Shown here: positions 12,854-24,650 of the stretch, in pieces
How the letters are laid out: each line of letters starts with the position of its first letter
Position numbering within the stretch: position 1 is the stretch's first letter
DNA from: Microcaecilia unicolor
Taxonomy: Eukaryota
Length of the DNA: 64,000 nucleotides
Direction: 5' to 3'
Assembly: GCF_901765095.1 (NCBI RefSeq)
Contig: NW_021963017.1
Span: forward strand, 238,253 to 302,252
Made by a program: the position numbers and the translations under genes
The notes under the pieces: model-generated
Database searches by the model: none
What the model saw: the letters and a program-made list of their open reading frames with translations, nothing else
What the model was told of the DNA's origin: nothing

Positions 12854-12879
12854 TTCATTTTTAGTTGAAATGTTTTTAT

Positions 12880-13660
12880 TGGTTTTATACAGAAGCAATA
12901 CAAAAACCAAACTTCTGTCAAACAGCTTAAATGTACAAAATCCAATGTCGCCTGATGTATCCAAAAACAGCATCTTACTGCCATGGTCCACCTGCAGCCA
13001 GGCTGGGAAAAGAAGCGCAAATTTAATTTTCTGGGCAAAGAGGGTGGAACAAACAGGGCTAAAGCTCTTCCTCAGCGCTATAACCCGGGCCGAATGATCC
13101 TGGAAAAATAAGACCTTGCGGCCCTCATGCATGAGTTTTTTACCAGTTCATAGTGCCTGCAGAATTTCTTGCTTGTGCTGGAAACTTAAAAGTCGGCATA
13201 TCCCCATTTTCAGGTGGGAGGTGTCTAGTTTTCAGGATCCAACCCGATGTGCCCACTCAATTTGGAATGGCCCCGCCCTGGATTGCTGCTGTAGTGAAGT
13301 TGACAGCCAATTTTCAAAACAAAAAAACCAAAAACGCCCAGTTCACCATCTTTTATAGAGTCAGATAACCCCACAGATCTAAGGTTGTTACGCCTCAAAT
13401 GGTTTCCTAGGTCGTCGATCGTATCCTTGAGGGAGGCCACTTGTTTTAATAAGGGATTGCTCCAAGGCCTCCAGCCATTGTATTGATGATTCCAACGTGT
13501 CAACGCTCTGCTGTGTCATGGTGAAATCATTATGGAGATCTTCGAGGCATTCTGTGACCACATCAAATTTGTTGGAAATTTGCTGTAGTCTCTTTTTTAT
13601 GAAGTGAGCTTCACTGCTGCCATCACCTCGGTCACAATTTCAGCTATCCACATGGAGCTA
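12880..13660 (-). mobile_element. L1/Tx1-like ORF1 remnant
   Basis: Minus ORF 13225-13503 contains LKQVASLKDTIDDLGNHLRRNNLRSVGL, matching the L1 ORF1 coiled-coil/RSRRNNLRI motif also seen at 42115-42690. It is frameshifted. Confidence 0.4.
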
Positions 13661-14338
13661 ATGGAGGCGCGGAGGGCTTCTGTGGATCCGCCACCTTGCT
13701 CTTGTGAGATTTACGGCACACCACGTCTTTCCACAGACCTTTAAATGCCATTCAGCTCAAACGTCCAGGCACCAGGGGTACGAAACCAAAGAACACACCC
13801 TGATGCAGCAGATATGTGGTATAAAATTAATGGTAAGTCAGACCAATGGGGGTTCACAGTGGCCGGGCCTGGGAGCTCCAGTTATCGGCATTCTCTCCCA
13901 GGCTTGGTGTCACGTGATCTCCATAAACCCTTCATTTTTTGTTATGATAAATACTCTGTGCCTTTTGAAAATTGTTTGTATTTTATTAGCCTATATTCTT
14001 AAAGAAGGCCTTTAAGACTGCTGTATGTTTGTGTTTTCCTGTAAATAATTTATTTTGGTTTTGATGCCTTTTCTACACTAGGTTTTCAGGTCATGTCAAG
14101 GAAAGAACGTTTTAAATTTTATTTATTTATTTAGTGAACATGTATGTATAGACATACATACTGGAAAGTGTGCGCTTTTAGTTCTGGATGGAACTTGCAT
14201 AATAACTGTTGATTGTAATTATTGATATTTTTGTGTGTATATATTTTGCTTATTTCTTTGTAGATATTGACCTTTATATATGTTTGGTGCATGATGATTA
14301 TGATAATTCTGAGTGTCTCTTTATTTTCCTATGTGTAG

Positions 14339-14499
14339 TTGATAAGGGACATGGTTAATGTCTGTGAAACAAGCATGTCGAGCCCTAATCCACCCGCTCT
14401 TGCCAAATATCGTGCTTTGAGATGCAAAATAGACTATGTGGATCCGGACAGTGATGAGTTCCTACAAGTTGAACACCAGGTGCTGCAAAACAATCATAG
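14339..14499 (+). CDS. PARP4: PARP-family exon
   Basis: Acceptor ttcctatgtgtag|, donor AG|gtaagc. Translation is LIRDMVNVCETSMSSPNPPALAKYRALRCKIDYVDPDSDEFLQVEHQVLQNNH(R) (cf. PARP1 [30 protein letters not shown]). Confidence 0.7.
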
Positions 14500-15548
14500 G
14501 TAAGCATCCTATAGCAGCTACAGAACTACTGTATAAAGTTTTTTGAAAATCAAATCTATGCCCAAAGAAAATGGACTTGGGGTTCTGACACATAATGCCT
14601 GGAGTGCTGCCTCTAGCATCTACCTAGAGTTAACCTGTGGCCACCTGAAGGGTCCTACCCAGCACTACCCAAGCCTGCTTGCACCTGCGCATGTGCACCT
14701 ACACTAGCATACCCTCCACCACCTGCTGGGTCCTACTTGCCTCTGGGCGAGTCTTCCACCCACAAGTTATTTTCCCAGTGGTTTCTAGAGATACTGGGGC
14801 CACAATCCTAGGGGTCCCACAGTTTCCAGAAAACCACTCACAGAGAACAGAAACTGCCAGGATTCTTAATTAGTCCAGGACAACAGAGCTAACAAACCAA
14901 TAGGTTTATTATCACAAAAAAAGAACCGTGAACAGTAAAAGTTGTAAACCTAAGTAGTACCTGAGGAAATCAAGAAAAGGAACTGCTCACAGGATTTGAA
15001 TAGGGTTTCAGTGCAGATTTCTACCCCCCTCCACACTTTTACTCTGAGACTGGAGAATTCTAGCACCTGGCTAGATCTTGGGCTTCAGGGCCAATCAGGG
15101 TACAGAGCATTAGCCCTAAGGGTGTTTGACCAATGGCATTGCAGATTACTCTTGGGGTTTTCGTCTTTTCTTTGGGGAAGATCAGCTAAAAGAAAAATGG
15201 ACCTCCGCTACAGCTATAGTGCAGAGGACAGACACCACCTGCTGGCCAAACACGGAAATTACCATGAAAGAGAAAAAGTGTCATAAGTCAACATTACAAA
15301 TTGCAAGCATGAAAGTCCTTTGTTTCACCACAGGTTCATTCTAAGAACTTATTGCTTTTTCTTCTGGGTGCATTAAAATCTGTCATACTGGCATGCATAG
15401 ATCTCTGTACTCTTTAATGATGACCGCTCCTGAAAATAGTAAAATCTCAGGACAGAGTCTTAAAAATTTCTACTATCATAATATGGTAAAACCATGCCAG
15501 TGTGCTAATAGTGACAAGCAAAAGTAAGTTGACGACAGCAGTCGGAGA

Positions 15549-15618
15549 CTGGAGAACCTCAGTCTTATGTGGAGATCGTTTATTGATGAAGGACTCCCAT
15601 AAGATTGAGGTTCTCCAG
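15549..15618 (+). ncRNA. pre-miRNA-like hairpin (candidate), intronic
   Basis: A 21-nt arm ctggagaacctcagtcttatg and its complement cataagattgaggttctccag pair with one G:U-type mismatch around a 28-nt loop. A T10 run follows ~30 nt downstream. It could equally be a tiny MITE. Confidence 0.3.
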
Positions 15619-16379
15619 TTGGTGTTGTAGTATTGAGTCCCTTCTTTTTTTTTGTGCTGCCTGAACTCCCACACGTGTGACGTGCTATGACGTGGCATTG
15701 AGAGGTACGGAAGTGAAGCTGTTTGAGTCGCTGCTGGGATGATCGGTTAATGGTGATGCTTGGAATTGCTGACAGGCTGCAAGATTTGTGTTAAAATAGC
15801 TTGTTTTGTAGCGTAATCCTGCAGGTGAGGGTTGGATTCAAATATGATGGTTTGTTTTAAGGGTAATTTTCTTTGATTTGCTGAGCGAGGAAAAGTTTGT
15901 TTTCTGGATTTGGCTTCTGGTGGGAATTGGTGTGTATTGGGGTGTGGAAAAAGTCATTTTTTTAAATATTTAGTTAATAAGTCATAAGTAGTAGTTTTTG
16001 TTTTTTTTTTTAAGGATTTTTTTTCCCCAAATGTTTTCTTTGGTGTGCTTTTCTCTGGTAACTCTGCAAAGCTCAGGTGGTCTATCAACATGCAGGGTTG
16101 CCACTGGGACAGTGTTGGGGAGTGGAATAAGTTATTTGGGTATGGCATGTTTAAAGGTAATGTTTGGGAGGGGTATTGACCCCCACACCTCCCCAAATGA
16201 TCTAGAAGGGGAAAGGGAAGGAGATTAATTGTCCTAGTGTGCTGTGCATTTTTGGTTATGGGTGGGAATTCTCCTCCCTAGTATGGTGGGAATTGTCCAG
16301 ATGGGAATTGGTGGGTGGGAACTGACCTAGAACGTCTCTTTAGTTTAGATTTTGAGACCCTTTTAGTTTGCAGGTATAT

Positions 16380-16890
16380 ATTTAAGGTCTGCACCTTTAA
16401 TTCACAGGATAATTTATGGGGAAGTTCCAGAATATATGCTTGAATTGGTTGACTTGCCACCTAGAAATAGATCCAGTCTCTCACGATCCTACTTGAATCT
16501 ACACTACCCAGACTGTAATGGCCTTAAGTACAAATCTATTTATGCCTCCAACTTCACATATATAGGCACACAATTGTGGAATGCTCTACCCAAATTAGTC
16601 AAATGTACCCTGATCTACTTAAAATTCAGAAAATTATTGAAGACTGTAATGTTCAAAAAGGCTTATTCTCCAGGCTCAACATAATTCAAATTAACTTCTA
16701 GTCTAACAAAGATTCAAAGACACTAGTTATCTTTTTCTCTTTACATATTGTTGTTTCAAATGTTGTTTACTATCTTACTTTTAAACTGTATAATTGTACT
16801 TCATGCACTGTAGCCTTGTCTACAGATTGTGTAAGCCACATTGAGCCTGCAATTGGTGGGATAATGTGGGATATAAATGTATTAAATAAA
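16380..16890 (+). repeat. L2-tail-type SINE/LINE 3' end
   Basis: ORF 16436-16684 ends ...QLWNALPKLVKCTLIYLKFRKLLKTVMFKKAY (L2-type C-terminal/tail motif). The terminal ccacattgagcctgcaattggtgggataatgtgggatataaatgtattaaataaataaata matches 61321-61385. Confidence 0.5.
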
Positions 16891-17188
16891 TAAATATTTG
16901 CTTTCTTAACATTTTTCCTTAGTTCTCCTACATATATTCTTGAATCCAGTTTTGTGGACTTGAGTGATTAGTTTCCTATTGTTAGTCTTGTTTGTTTTGC
17001 AGTAATATTATTTTGATTTAAATTTTTCTATTAGATCACTTTTCTGTACAAGTGCTTATTACTTGGTCGTATATTGTAAAAACTTGATAGATAAAAAAAT
17101 TTTTAAAGAAAGAAAGTGGAAAGTCATGCAGAAATGACAATGATGTTTGAATCTTCTTCTATGGAAATCTTTAATATTGTCTTTATAG

Positions 17189-17326
17189 TGACATTCCAGT
17201 GAAAGTCTTGCAAGTATACAGAGTTGGCAGAATGAATGAAACAGCAGCATTTCAGAGCAAGTATGGCAATATTCAGTCCTTACTCCATTCCTCTTCTGTT
17301 TGCAACTTTGTTGGCATTCTCTCTCG
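17189..17326 (+). CDS. PARP4: PARP catalytic-domain exon (H-G-S region)
   Basis: Acceptor ttgtctttatag|, donor CG|gtaagt. Translation is (S)DIPVKVLQVYRVGRMNETAAFQSKYGNIQSLLHSSSVCNFVGILSR (cf. PARP1 [22 protein letters not shown]). Confidence 0.75.
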
Positions 17327-17989
17327 GTAAGTGTGTGTTATATCCTGCTACATGGTTTTGTGGGTTTTTTGGTGTTCACGTTCTGTATTCAGTTGGTATT
17401 TCCCCGTTTCCAGAAAGCTTGCAGTCTTTGAGGGGAAATTATCAAAGTGGGTTGTTATCTTACTGTTATCCCAGTTTATTAGTAACTAGGTCTTATTGCA
17501 ATAAAATAGGACCTGTGCTAAAATGAATTAGTGGTAAAATAATCAGAATAAATGGTAACCCACATTGCTAACTTCCCCCATGTACCTGAGGCAATGGAGA
17601 GATAAATGCCTTGCCCAAAGTTACAGATCTGAACCCTGACTGTACTGGTATTCAGCCCACTGCTGTAACCACTAGACTGTCCTTCCACTCTAATGTTTAT
17701 TCAGGCAGGGCCGGTCTTAGCAAGTGCGGGGCCCTGTGCAGACCAATTTGGTGGGGCCCTATCCTAGCCCCGCCCCACCCCAGCTCCACCCCATTGATAA
17801 GATTATTCAATTTTTAGAAAATTTTTTAAGAAATTTCAAATTAAGACAAATGAAGCTAAACTTGTACAGAAAAACTGATTGAAATAATAAGCACAATGCT
17901 ATCATGAACCCCCCCCCCCCCCCCAGAAATTATTCAGTTCAAGTCCACTACAATTAGTAGTTCCAATTCTCATAACCCCGGGGGGGTCA

Positions 17990-18790
17990 GAGGTTCGGAC
18001 ACACAATCTCCTTCTCTGCACATATTCAGAAGACTAATAAAATCTGTTGCTTCTTTCTCTATAATATCAACAAAATTAATACTTTCCTTTCTGAGTACAC
18101 TACAAGAACCCTTATCCACACTCTTATCACCTCTCATGTAGACTATTGCAACTTGCTTCTCACAAGTCTTCCACTAAGCCATCTCTCTCCCCTTCAATCT
18201 GTTCAAAATTCTGCTGCATGACTTATATTCCTCCAGTGTTGCTTGCTATGCTCATATGAGCCCTCTTCTCAAGTCACTTCATTGGCTCCCTATCCATTTC
18301 TGCATACAGTTAAAACTCTTCTTATTGACTTACAAGTGCATTTAATCTGCAGCTCCTCAGTATCTTTCCACTCCTATCTCTCCCTACACTCCTACCTGGA
18401 ATTCTGTTCTCTGGGTAAATCTCTCTTATTTGCGCTCTTCTCCTCCACTGCTAACTCCAGACTCCGTTCCTTTTATTTTGCTGTGCCATATGCTTGGAAT
18501 AGACTTCCTAAGCCGATACGTCAAGCTCCATCTCTGGCCGTCTTCAAATCTAGGCTAAAAGCCCACGTTTTTGATGCTGCAGCTTTTAACTCCTAACCCT
18601 TATTCACTTGTTCAGAACCCATGTTTTATCATTCCCACCTTAGTAATTCCCTTATTTGTCTGTCCTAATTACATTGTAAGCTTTGTCGAACAGGGACTAT
18701 CTCTTCATGTCCAGTGTATAGCGCTGCGTACATATAATAGTGCTATAGAAATGGTAAGTAGTAGTAGTAGATGCTTTTCCTGGGCGGTGA
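17990..18790 (+). repeat. L2-like LINE 3' end nested in the hAT element
   Basis: ORF 18243-18596 ends ...AVPYAWNRLPKPIRQAPSLAVFKSRLKAHVFDAAAFNS (characteristic L2/CR1-type ORF2 C-terminus). The tail gcgctgcgtacatataatagtgctatagaaatggtaagtagtagtagtag recurs reverse-complemented at 55028 and 56215. Confidence 0.5.
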
Positions 18791-19337
18791 CTCCTAGTGT
18801 GGCACCTTGCATCACATAACTATGGTTTGGGTTCCTCTTTCCCACATGCATCACTTTGCACTTGCTCACAATAAATGTCATCTGCCATTTGGATGCCCAG
18901 TCTCCCAATCCCATAAGGGCATCTAGGAGCAAAAGGTGCAAACATAACTATACCTTCTCAAGCCTATGCACCTTCCTGAAAAAAAATGCCCAGTAACAAG
19001 GCAGTTTGTCACACTGTAGGTTAAAAAAAAAAAGCCAAATTTAAGCGCATCATTTATTCTAGATTTCTAAAAGTGTATATTCCACCAGTCTGAAAGTCTA
19101 ATTTTTTTTTAACTTGCAAGAGTCCACCAATGAAAAAAAAGAAAAAGAAAGCAACACCAAAAAATTGCAAATCAAAACATTTGAAGAAACAGAAAAGTCA
19201 ATAGGCTAACAGCAAATTATAACTATGGTATGACTGGTGGGCATAGGATCAGTGGTAATTACACAGCACTAGCCAGTTTTGTTTCAGTGAACCAAGTACA
19301 GCTAAAAAGAACAGTGTGAAGGACTTCTGCTAACTAA

Positions 19338-21003
19338 GGCCCAGATGATCAAAAGCCCTGCGCTGTTCCAAACAGTGCCCTAAAAATAGCGCCGGGACAG
19401 CGCAGGGCTTTTCTGCATCGATGATCAAAGATAATGCATGCAAATCTAAGCAGCGCTATTATCTTTGATTATCATGTTGAAGTGTGGGAGAATTGCACCC
19501 GAGCACGTGCTCAGCACAATCCTCCTGCACTTCTTTGACAGGTCTGGGCTGTCAAAAGCCCAAAACTGTCAAAGTGGCCTGCCGATCCCCCAACAAAGAG
19601 GCCGCCGCCGGCCAAACCGACTCCCCCCCCCCCCCCCAGCGATGGGGGGGGGGGGGGCTGGAGGTCCAGTGGACCTCCGGTCCCCCCGACGACCCCCCCC
19701 CATGTTCACGGAGGGATGGAGATCCGGTGGTTCTCCAGCCCCCCCCCCACGAGCCCCCAGAGGACTTGATTGCCGGCTTTAGAGAAACGCTGCCCTACCC
19801 TCCCATCTGCAACCGGGGGGGGGGGGGGGGGCTGGAGGATCGGTGGGTCTCCAGCCCTCCAAATCCCCAGAAATCGTTGTGATCCACTGGACCTACAGCC
19901 CACCCCAACTCCCCCCCCCCCCGGCGTTCTCCACAAATCCCTGGTGGTCCGTGGTGACACGTAACCCCACCCTCCTCCCTCCCTCCCTCCCGGCCCCCCT
20001 ACCTTTGTTGGAGGAGGGACGCAGCCTGCATGCCTCCCTCCTCTTCCTTTCGACGCCGCTTCAAAATGGCGGCGCCCAGCCCCGCCCATTGCATCCTGGG
20101 ATGTGCTGGGAGGGGCTACATACCATATAAGGGAGCGATTCCCTTACATGGTATGTAGCCCTGCCCAGCGCATCCCAGGATGCAATGGGCGGGGCTGGGC
20201 GCCGCCATTTTGAAGCGACGTCGAAAGGAAGAGGAGGGAGGCATGCAGGCTGCGTCCCTCCTCCAACAAAAGGTAGGTGGGCCAGGAGGGAGGGAGGAGG
20301 GTGGGGTTACGTGTCACCACGGACCACCAGGGATTTGTGGAGAACGCGGGGGGGGGGAGGAGTTGGGGTGGACCTCCAGCCCCACCCCCCTCGTTGGTAG
20401 ATTACAGCCCTTGGCCGGAGGCGGCCACAAGGATTTCTTGGGGTTTGGGGGGCTGGAGGCCCACCGAACCTCCAGCCCCCCCCCCCCCCCCCCCCGGCGC
20501 TGGTGGGAGGGTGGGACAACGCTTGGCCGGAGGCGGCCACGAAGATTTCGGGGGGGTTCGGGGGAGGGTCGAATCGTCGAGGGGGGGGACCGGAGGTCCT
20601 CCGGACCTCCAGTCCCGTGTGCTGTTGCCTTGGGGGGGAACGGGGGCCTGCCAGCATGCAACTGAATGCTGGACAGGGCTCACCATTCCTCCCCAATGAT
20701 CCGCAAAATCTAACGCCAGCTCGGAGCTGGCGTTGATTTTGCTGCGGCCAGCGACCCAATCTTTGGCGCGCTGGTCGCTGATCATTGGGGATGAATGCGT
20801 TAAGCGCCAATTAGCATACGTTTGCAGGCTAATTGCGCTAGAAGCCCTGTTTTGCATGCATTTGCATGCTACTTGCGCTGAGAGCCCTCGAGTGCGCTGT
20901 TTCAGGCGCTCGAGGGCTCTGATCATGGGTCGGCTGCAAACTCTGGTGCTAGTATGGCGTTAACAGCCTCTAGCGCCAGAGTTTGCTTTTGATCATGAGG
21001 GCC
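19338..21003. mobile_element. Harbinger/PIF-like non-autonomous element (MITE) with ~1.2-kb internal palindrome
   Basis: TIRs ggcccagatgatcaaaagc (19338-) and gcttttgatcatgagggcc (-21003), flanked by a TAA/TAA direct repeat (19335-19337, 21004-21006). The interior is an imperfect palindrome centred near 20133 (arms ~19550-20130 and 20135-20700) with long poly-C/G tracts. ORFs 19706-20089(-) and 20185-20400(+) encode the same peptide, confirming the symmetry. Confidence 0.6.
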
Positions 21004-21439
21004 TAAGTGCTCATAATTTCAAGTGCATGTCCTGTGTAGCTCTGTGTGCACTGCACTGACCACACTAGGGGGTCATCAAGGCTTCCCCTTTCTCTATTAT
21101 CTGTAGTTCATTGTTAGGAGGTTCTTTCAGAAAGGCTGCCTGGAGTTAAAGATCAAACAGTTTAGGCAGGCCATCCTGCCTGCTTTGTGCATGCAAAGTC
21201 AGTGAAAATCAGGTAGTTGTGGATCAAAAACACCTCTGCCGCCAAGAATCTCTTTTGTTTAATGAACTCCTGTCAGTCCCCCCCCCCCCCCCCCCCCCGG
21301 ACACTTTCAGTCCCGCCTTTTACTTTAATTGCTTGCGGTCACAAATCCACCTGACTGAGAAGAAGGATTAACATATTCCCTAAGTGTCGGGATAAGCATA
21401 AAGGAATCCTGTGCCGAAGGAATGGATCCTCAGGAGCTT

Positions 21440-21745
21440 AGTCAGGATCGGGAGGCAGGGCTGGTGGTTGGGAGGCAGGGATAGTGCTGGACAGACTTGT
21501 ACGGTCTGTGCCAGAGCCGGTGGTGGGCAGCGGGACTGGTGGTTGGGAGGCGGGGATAGTGCTGGACAGACTTGTACGGTCTGTACCAGAGCCGGTGGTT
21601 GGGAGGCAGGGCTGATGGTTGGGAGGTGAGGATAGTGCTGGGCAGACTTATACGGTCTGTGCCAGAGCCGGTGGTTGGGAGGAGGGGCAGGTGGTTGGGA
21701 GGCGGGGATAGCGCTGGGCAGACTTATACGGTCTGAGCCCTGAAG
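21440..21745. repeat. tandem repeat, ~78-bp unit x ~4
   Basis: Repeating ggatagtgctggacagacttgtacggtctgtgccagagccggtggttgggaggc... units. ORFs 21380-21763(-) and 21411-21629(+) are translations of it. Confidence 0.6.
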
Positions 21746-22189
21746 AGCACAGGTACAAATCAAAGTAGGGTATACACAAAAAGCAGCAAATATGAGTTAT
21801 CTTGTTGGGCAGACTGGATGGACCGTGCAGGTCTTTTTCTGCCGTCATCTACTATGTTACTATGTAACAGCAATGATGCCTTAACTGAAAAGGTGAATAA
21901 ATAAATGTATAGCTATGTTGATGTAAATATGCTTGGGGGGGGGGGGGGTCGTTTTGTTTTTAATTCTTCAACAGGCATTTTTCAGTGGGCGATGTTCTTC
22001 TGCCACATGGTGATCGTGATCTACAGTTTAATTGCCCTGGAGAGGGGGAGGGGGAAGAGACTGCTGTGCTCCAGAGCTGGAAAAAAAGATGGGGGAAGAA
22101 AAGCTAATAATCATAAATACCTGGCTGGCTTGCCTTTGAGTGGCAGTGCAGGAGGCGCACAAACTTGCTCCAGCTGATCAGCTCCGTTC

Positions 22190-22480
22190 CACTTCACTTT
22201 ATTTGAAGTCGACTCACTCACATCAGGCTCACCTCTTTTCCCTTCCCGCTCAGGAAATACGTCATCAGAAGGAAGGCGGGACATTGGGCGGGAAGGGAAA
22301 AGCTGGGTGGGTGAGCCATCACTGCCTGCAACTCTGACTGTCGGGGTTCGTGGCGTCGCTGCAAGCCTGCAATTGTCTGTCGGGTCCGGGGAGAGGCGGG
22401 AGCTGACAGCGGGCTCAGCGGTGAGTGGGCAGGGCACCGGACCGGAGGCAGAAGCGGAGCGGCCGAGCGGGAGCGGGATC
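22190..22480 (+). promoter_or_regulatory. GC-rich promoter/first-exon-like segment carried inside the hAT element
   Basis: GC boxes (gggcgggaag), CRE-like tgacgta, then cagcg|gtgagtggg, which resembles an exon-intron donor. It lies ~150 bp inside the hAT 3' TIR. No coding potential is supported. Confidence 0.25.
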
Positions 22481-23203
22481 AAATCATGATGCGGCGGTGC
22501 AGTCTAAGCGGGGGTCGGTCGGAGAGGCAGAGTTGAGGCGCGCCACGCGGGGCCCCCTTAAGCGCGGGGCCCCCTTAAGCGCGGGGCCCTATGCGGCCGC
22601 CTCGGTTGCCTCTGCCTAAGACCGGCCCTGTATTCAGGCATACTGCTTCCCAGCAAGGGGCAACTTGTGCACTATTCAAGCACTAAGGTAAATGTTTGTT
22701 TTAAGTTAAACTTGTTTATTTTGCCATATCTCCAGAGAGGTATGAAATATATATCCAGGTTTTATCTTCAAAATCACATAAACAATTCTGAAATAAACTT
22801 GCTATGAGTGACGAGAATGATTAGTCAAATCCACTTCCCCAAATCCTCCCACCCCAACATTCCCTTCTTCATTTTACACTTCTAAACTTTTTAACAAGGC
22901 AGTGCACGAACATCAACATCCCCAAAAAGGGGTCCAAACTTTCAAAAATAACTTTTTAGCTATTAATCCTGCTGTTTTTGTTGACATGTACTCCATTTGC
23001 AATAATTCATACATTTGGTTTTGCTATAACACCAGAGTCAGTAGGTAATCGGACACCCATTGTAATAGAATACAGTGCTTTGCTATCAGCACTTTGTGTA
23101 TAAACAGTACATAGGGTCCTGCACCCTTGGGCAGAACCTCCATTTTGTGTAGTAAATTTATCTGTGGGTTCATATATAGCCTCACTCCAATCATGCTACT
23201 TAA

Positions 23204-23362
23204 AGGCCCTGTTTACTAAGGTGTTCTAGTGTTTTTAGCGCACGCTAAATGCTAGAGTCGCCCATATGTTCCTATGGGCGATTTAGCGTTTAGTGCGTGC
23301 TAATCATTAGCGTTCACTAAATACGCTAGTGCATCCTTAGTGTGGCTTAGTAAACAGGGCCC
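23204..23362. mobile_element. Tourist/Harbinger-like MITE
   Basis: TIRs aggccctgtttactaagg ... ccttagtaaacagggccc with a TAA target-site duplication on both sides (23201-23203 and 23363-23365). About 160 bp. Confidence 0.65.
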
Positions 23363-23629
23363 TAAATGTTCTCAAACACCTGCCCAAAAGTTTATCATCT
23401 TCAGGAAGTTCCACATTCAGTGTTACAGTGTACCCTATTCATACTAGCACTTAGCACAGCCTCCTATGGTTATAATTAGAAACTGACCAAATTTCAGTTT
23501 AGCTTCAGTACTAAAACAGGCCTGAAATCCAGATTTGGCCGTTCTTCAGTTTTGACCAAAAATGCAAGTGCATTTTCGGCTGAAATCAAAACCCGCTGCC
23601 TCCACCCCCCCCCCCCCCCCCCCCCCCCA

Positions 23630-24650
23630 TGACCACTCTGGGCCAGATGCACTAAACTTAACGAGCCCTTAACGAGCAAGTAGTAAAATCTGGCATGCAC
23701 TAAACACTTTTTTCCGACGACGGTAGCAGCTAACGAAAACGGAATGCAGATGAGCAAATCGTCTAGAAACCCTATTGTAATGAGATGCACTAACCTTTTC
23801 TGATTGCCTTAATGCTGGAAAACGCTGGAAAATCTAACGAGAGGTCTGTACCTCTCGTTGGGGCTACGCGGGATTGGAAAAATTATTAAAATGTAAAAAA
23901 AAAAAAAACAATCGGGGGGGGGGGAAACGGCCAAGTGCTCGTCAGGAGCGTCCTTTATGGACGTTCTTCACTATATTAAAAAAAAAAAAATCAAACAGGC
24001 TCTGATGCTGTTTTGATAAATGTTCAATAAAGACGTCATACAACTTAAAAAAGTGGGAAAAAAAATCCAAGTGCTTGTCCTTTTTTTTTTTTTTTTAACA
24101 AAACTATTAGATTTGAACCCTCCACCTCTGGATTACAAGACCGGTGCTCTAACCACTCGGTTACCACTCTACTTGCTTGGACGCCCCTCCCTTACTTCTA
24201 GGTCTCTCAGCTGAGTGAAGCACGGCCAAAAAGGACGTTTTTATTATTGCGGGGGGGGGGGGGGGGGGGGGGGGAGGGAGGCCACCCAAAATGTACGTTT
24301 TTTTTTTTTTTAAGTGAAGCTTTATTTAAAAAAATCAAACAGGCTCCGATGCTGCAGGCTCTTTTTTGGACCTCATTCAACCCCTGTAAAAAGAACGCTT
24401 GGCTCTTTTTTGGACCTCATTCAACCCCTGTAAAAAGAACGCTTGGCTGCTCTGCGCATGCTCCACCGGCCAATTGGCTGACTGTTTAACGATGGAATAG
24501 AGAATGCAAGTGAGCTACAACGAGCAACTCATTTACATTCCTATTCCTTGATGCATGCCTGTTCCTTACCGATTCGCTAAGGGAATTGGTAAGGGAAGGG
24601 CTCTAACGATTGATTAGTGCATGTAGCCCTCTGTGCCACCACAAACCTGT
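23630..24650. mobile_element. possible TIR-bounded non-autonomous element with poly-G/C and A/T tracts
   Basis: Ends agatgcactaaacttaacgagccc (23645-) and gggctctaacgattgattagtgcatgt (-24640) are imperfect inverted repeats. It contains a tRNA-like A/B-box fragment (24095-24190, minus) and a 43-bp tandem duplication at 24358-24445. Boundaries and TSD are not resolved. Confidence 0.3.

Larger units (their letters stand above)
17709..22632. mobile_element. non-autonomous hAT-like DNA transposon (4.9 kb) with nested insertions
   Basis: 15-bp TIRs cagggccggtcttag (17709-17723) and ctaagaccggccctg (22618-22632). Both are flanked by a perfect 8-bp direct repeat tattcagg (17701-17708 and 22633-22640). 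There is no transposase ORF. It contains an L2 3' end, a Harbinger-like MITE, an ~78-bp tandem repeat and a GC-rich promoter-like segment. Confidence 0.65.

Noticed and set aside
19465-20926. Eight overlapping 60-170-aa ORFs on both strands (Gly/Pro/Arg-rich)
   Set aside because: They are mirror translations of a GC-rich palindrome with homopolymer tracts; the same peptide is read from both arms. They have low-complexity composition and no start context. These are not genes.
24095-24190. tRNA gene on the minus strand
   Set aside because: It has A-box and B-box-like segments, but the anticodon and T stems do not pair. It is embedded in poly-A/T and poly-G/C tracts, so it reads as a tRNA-derived SINE head or pseudogene rather than a functional tRNA.
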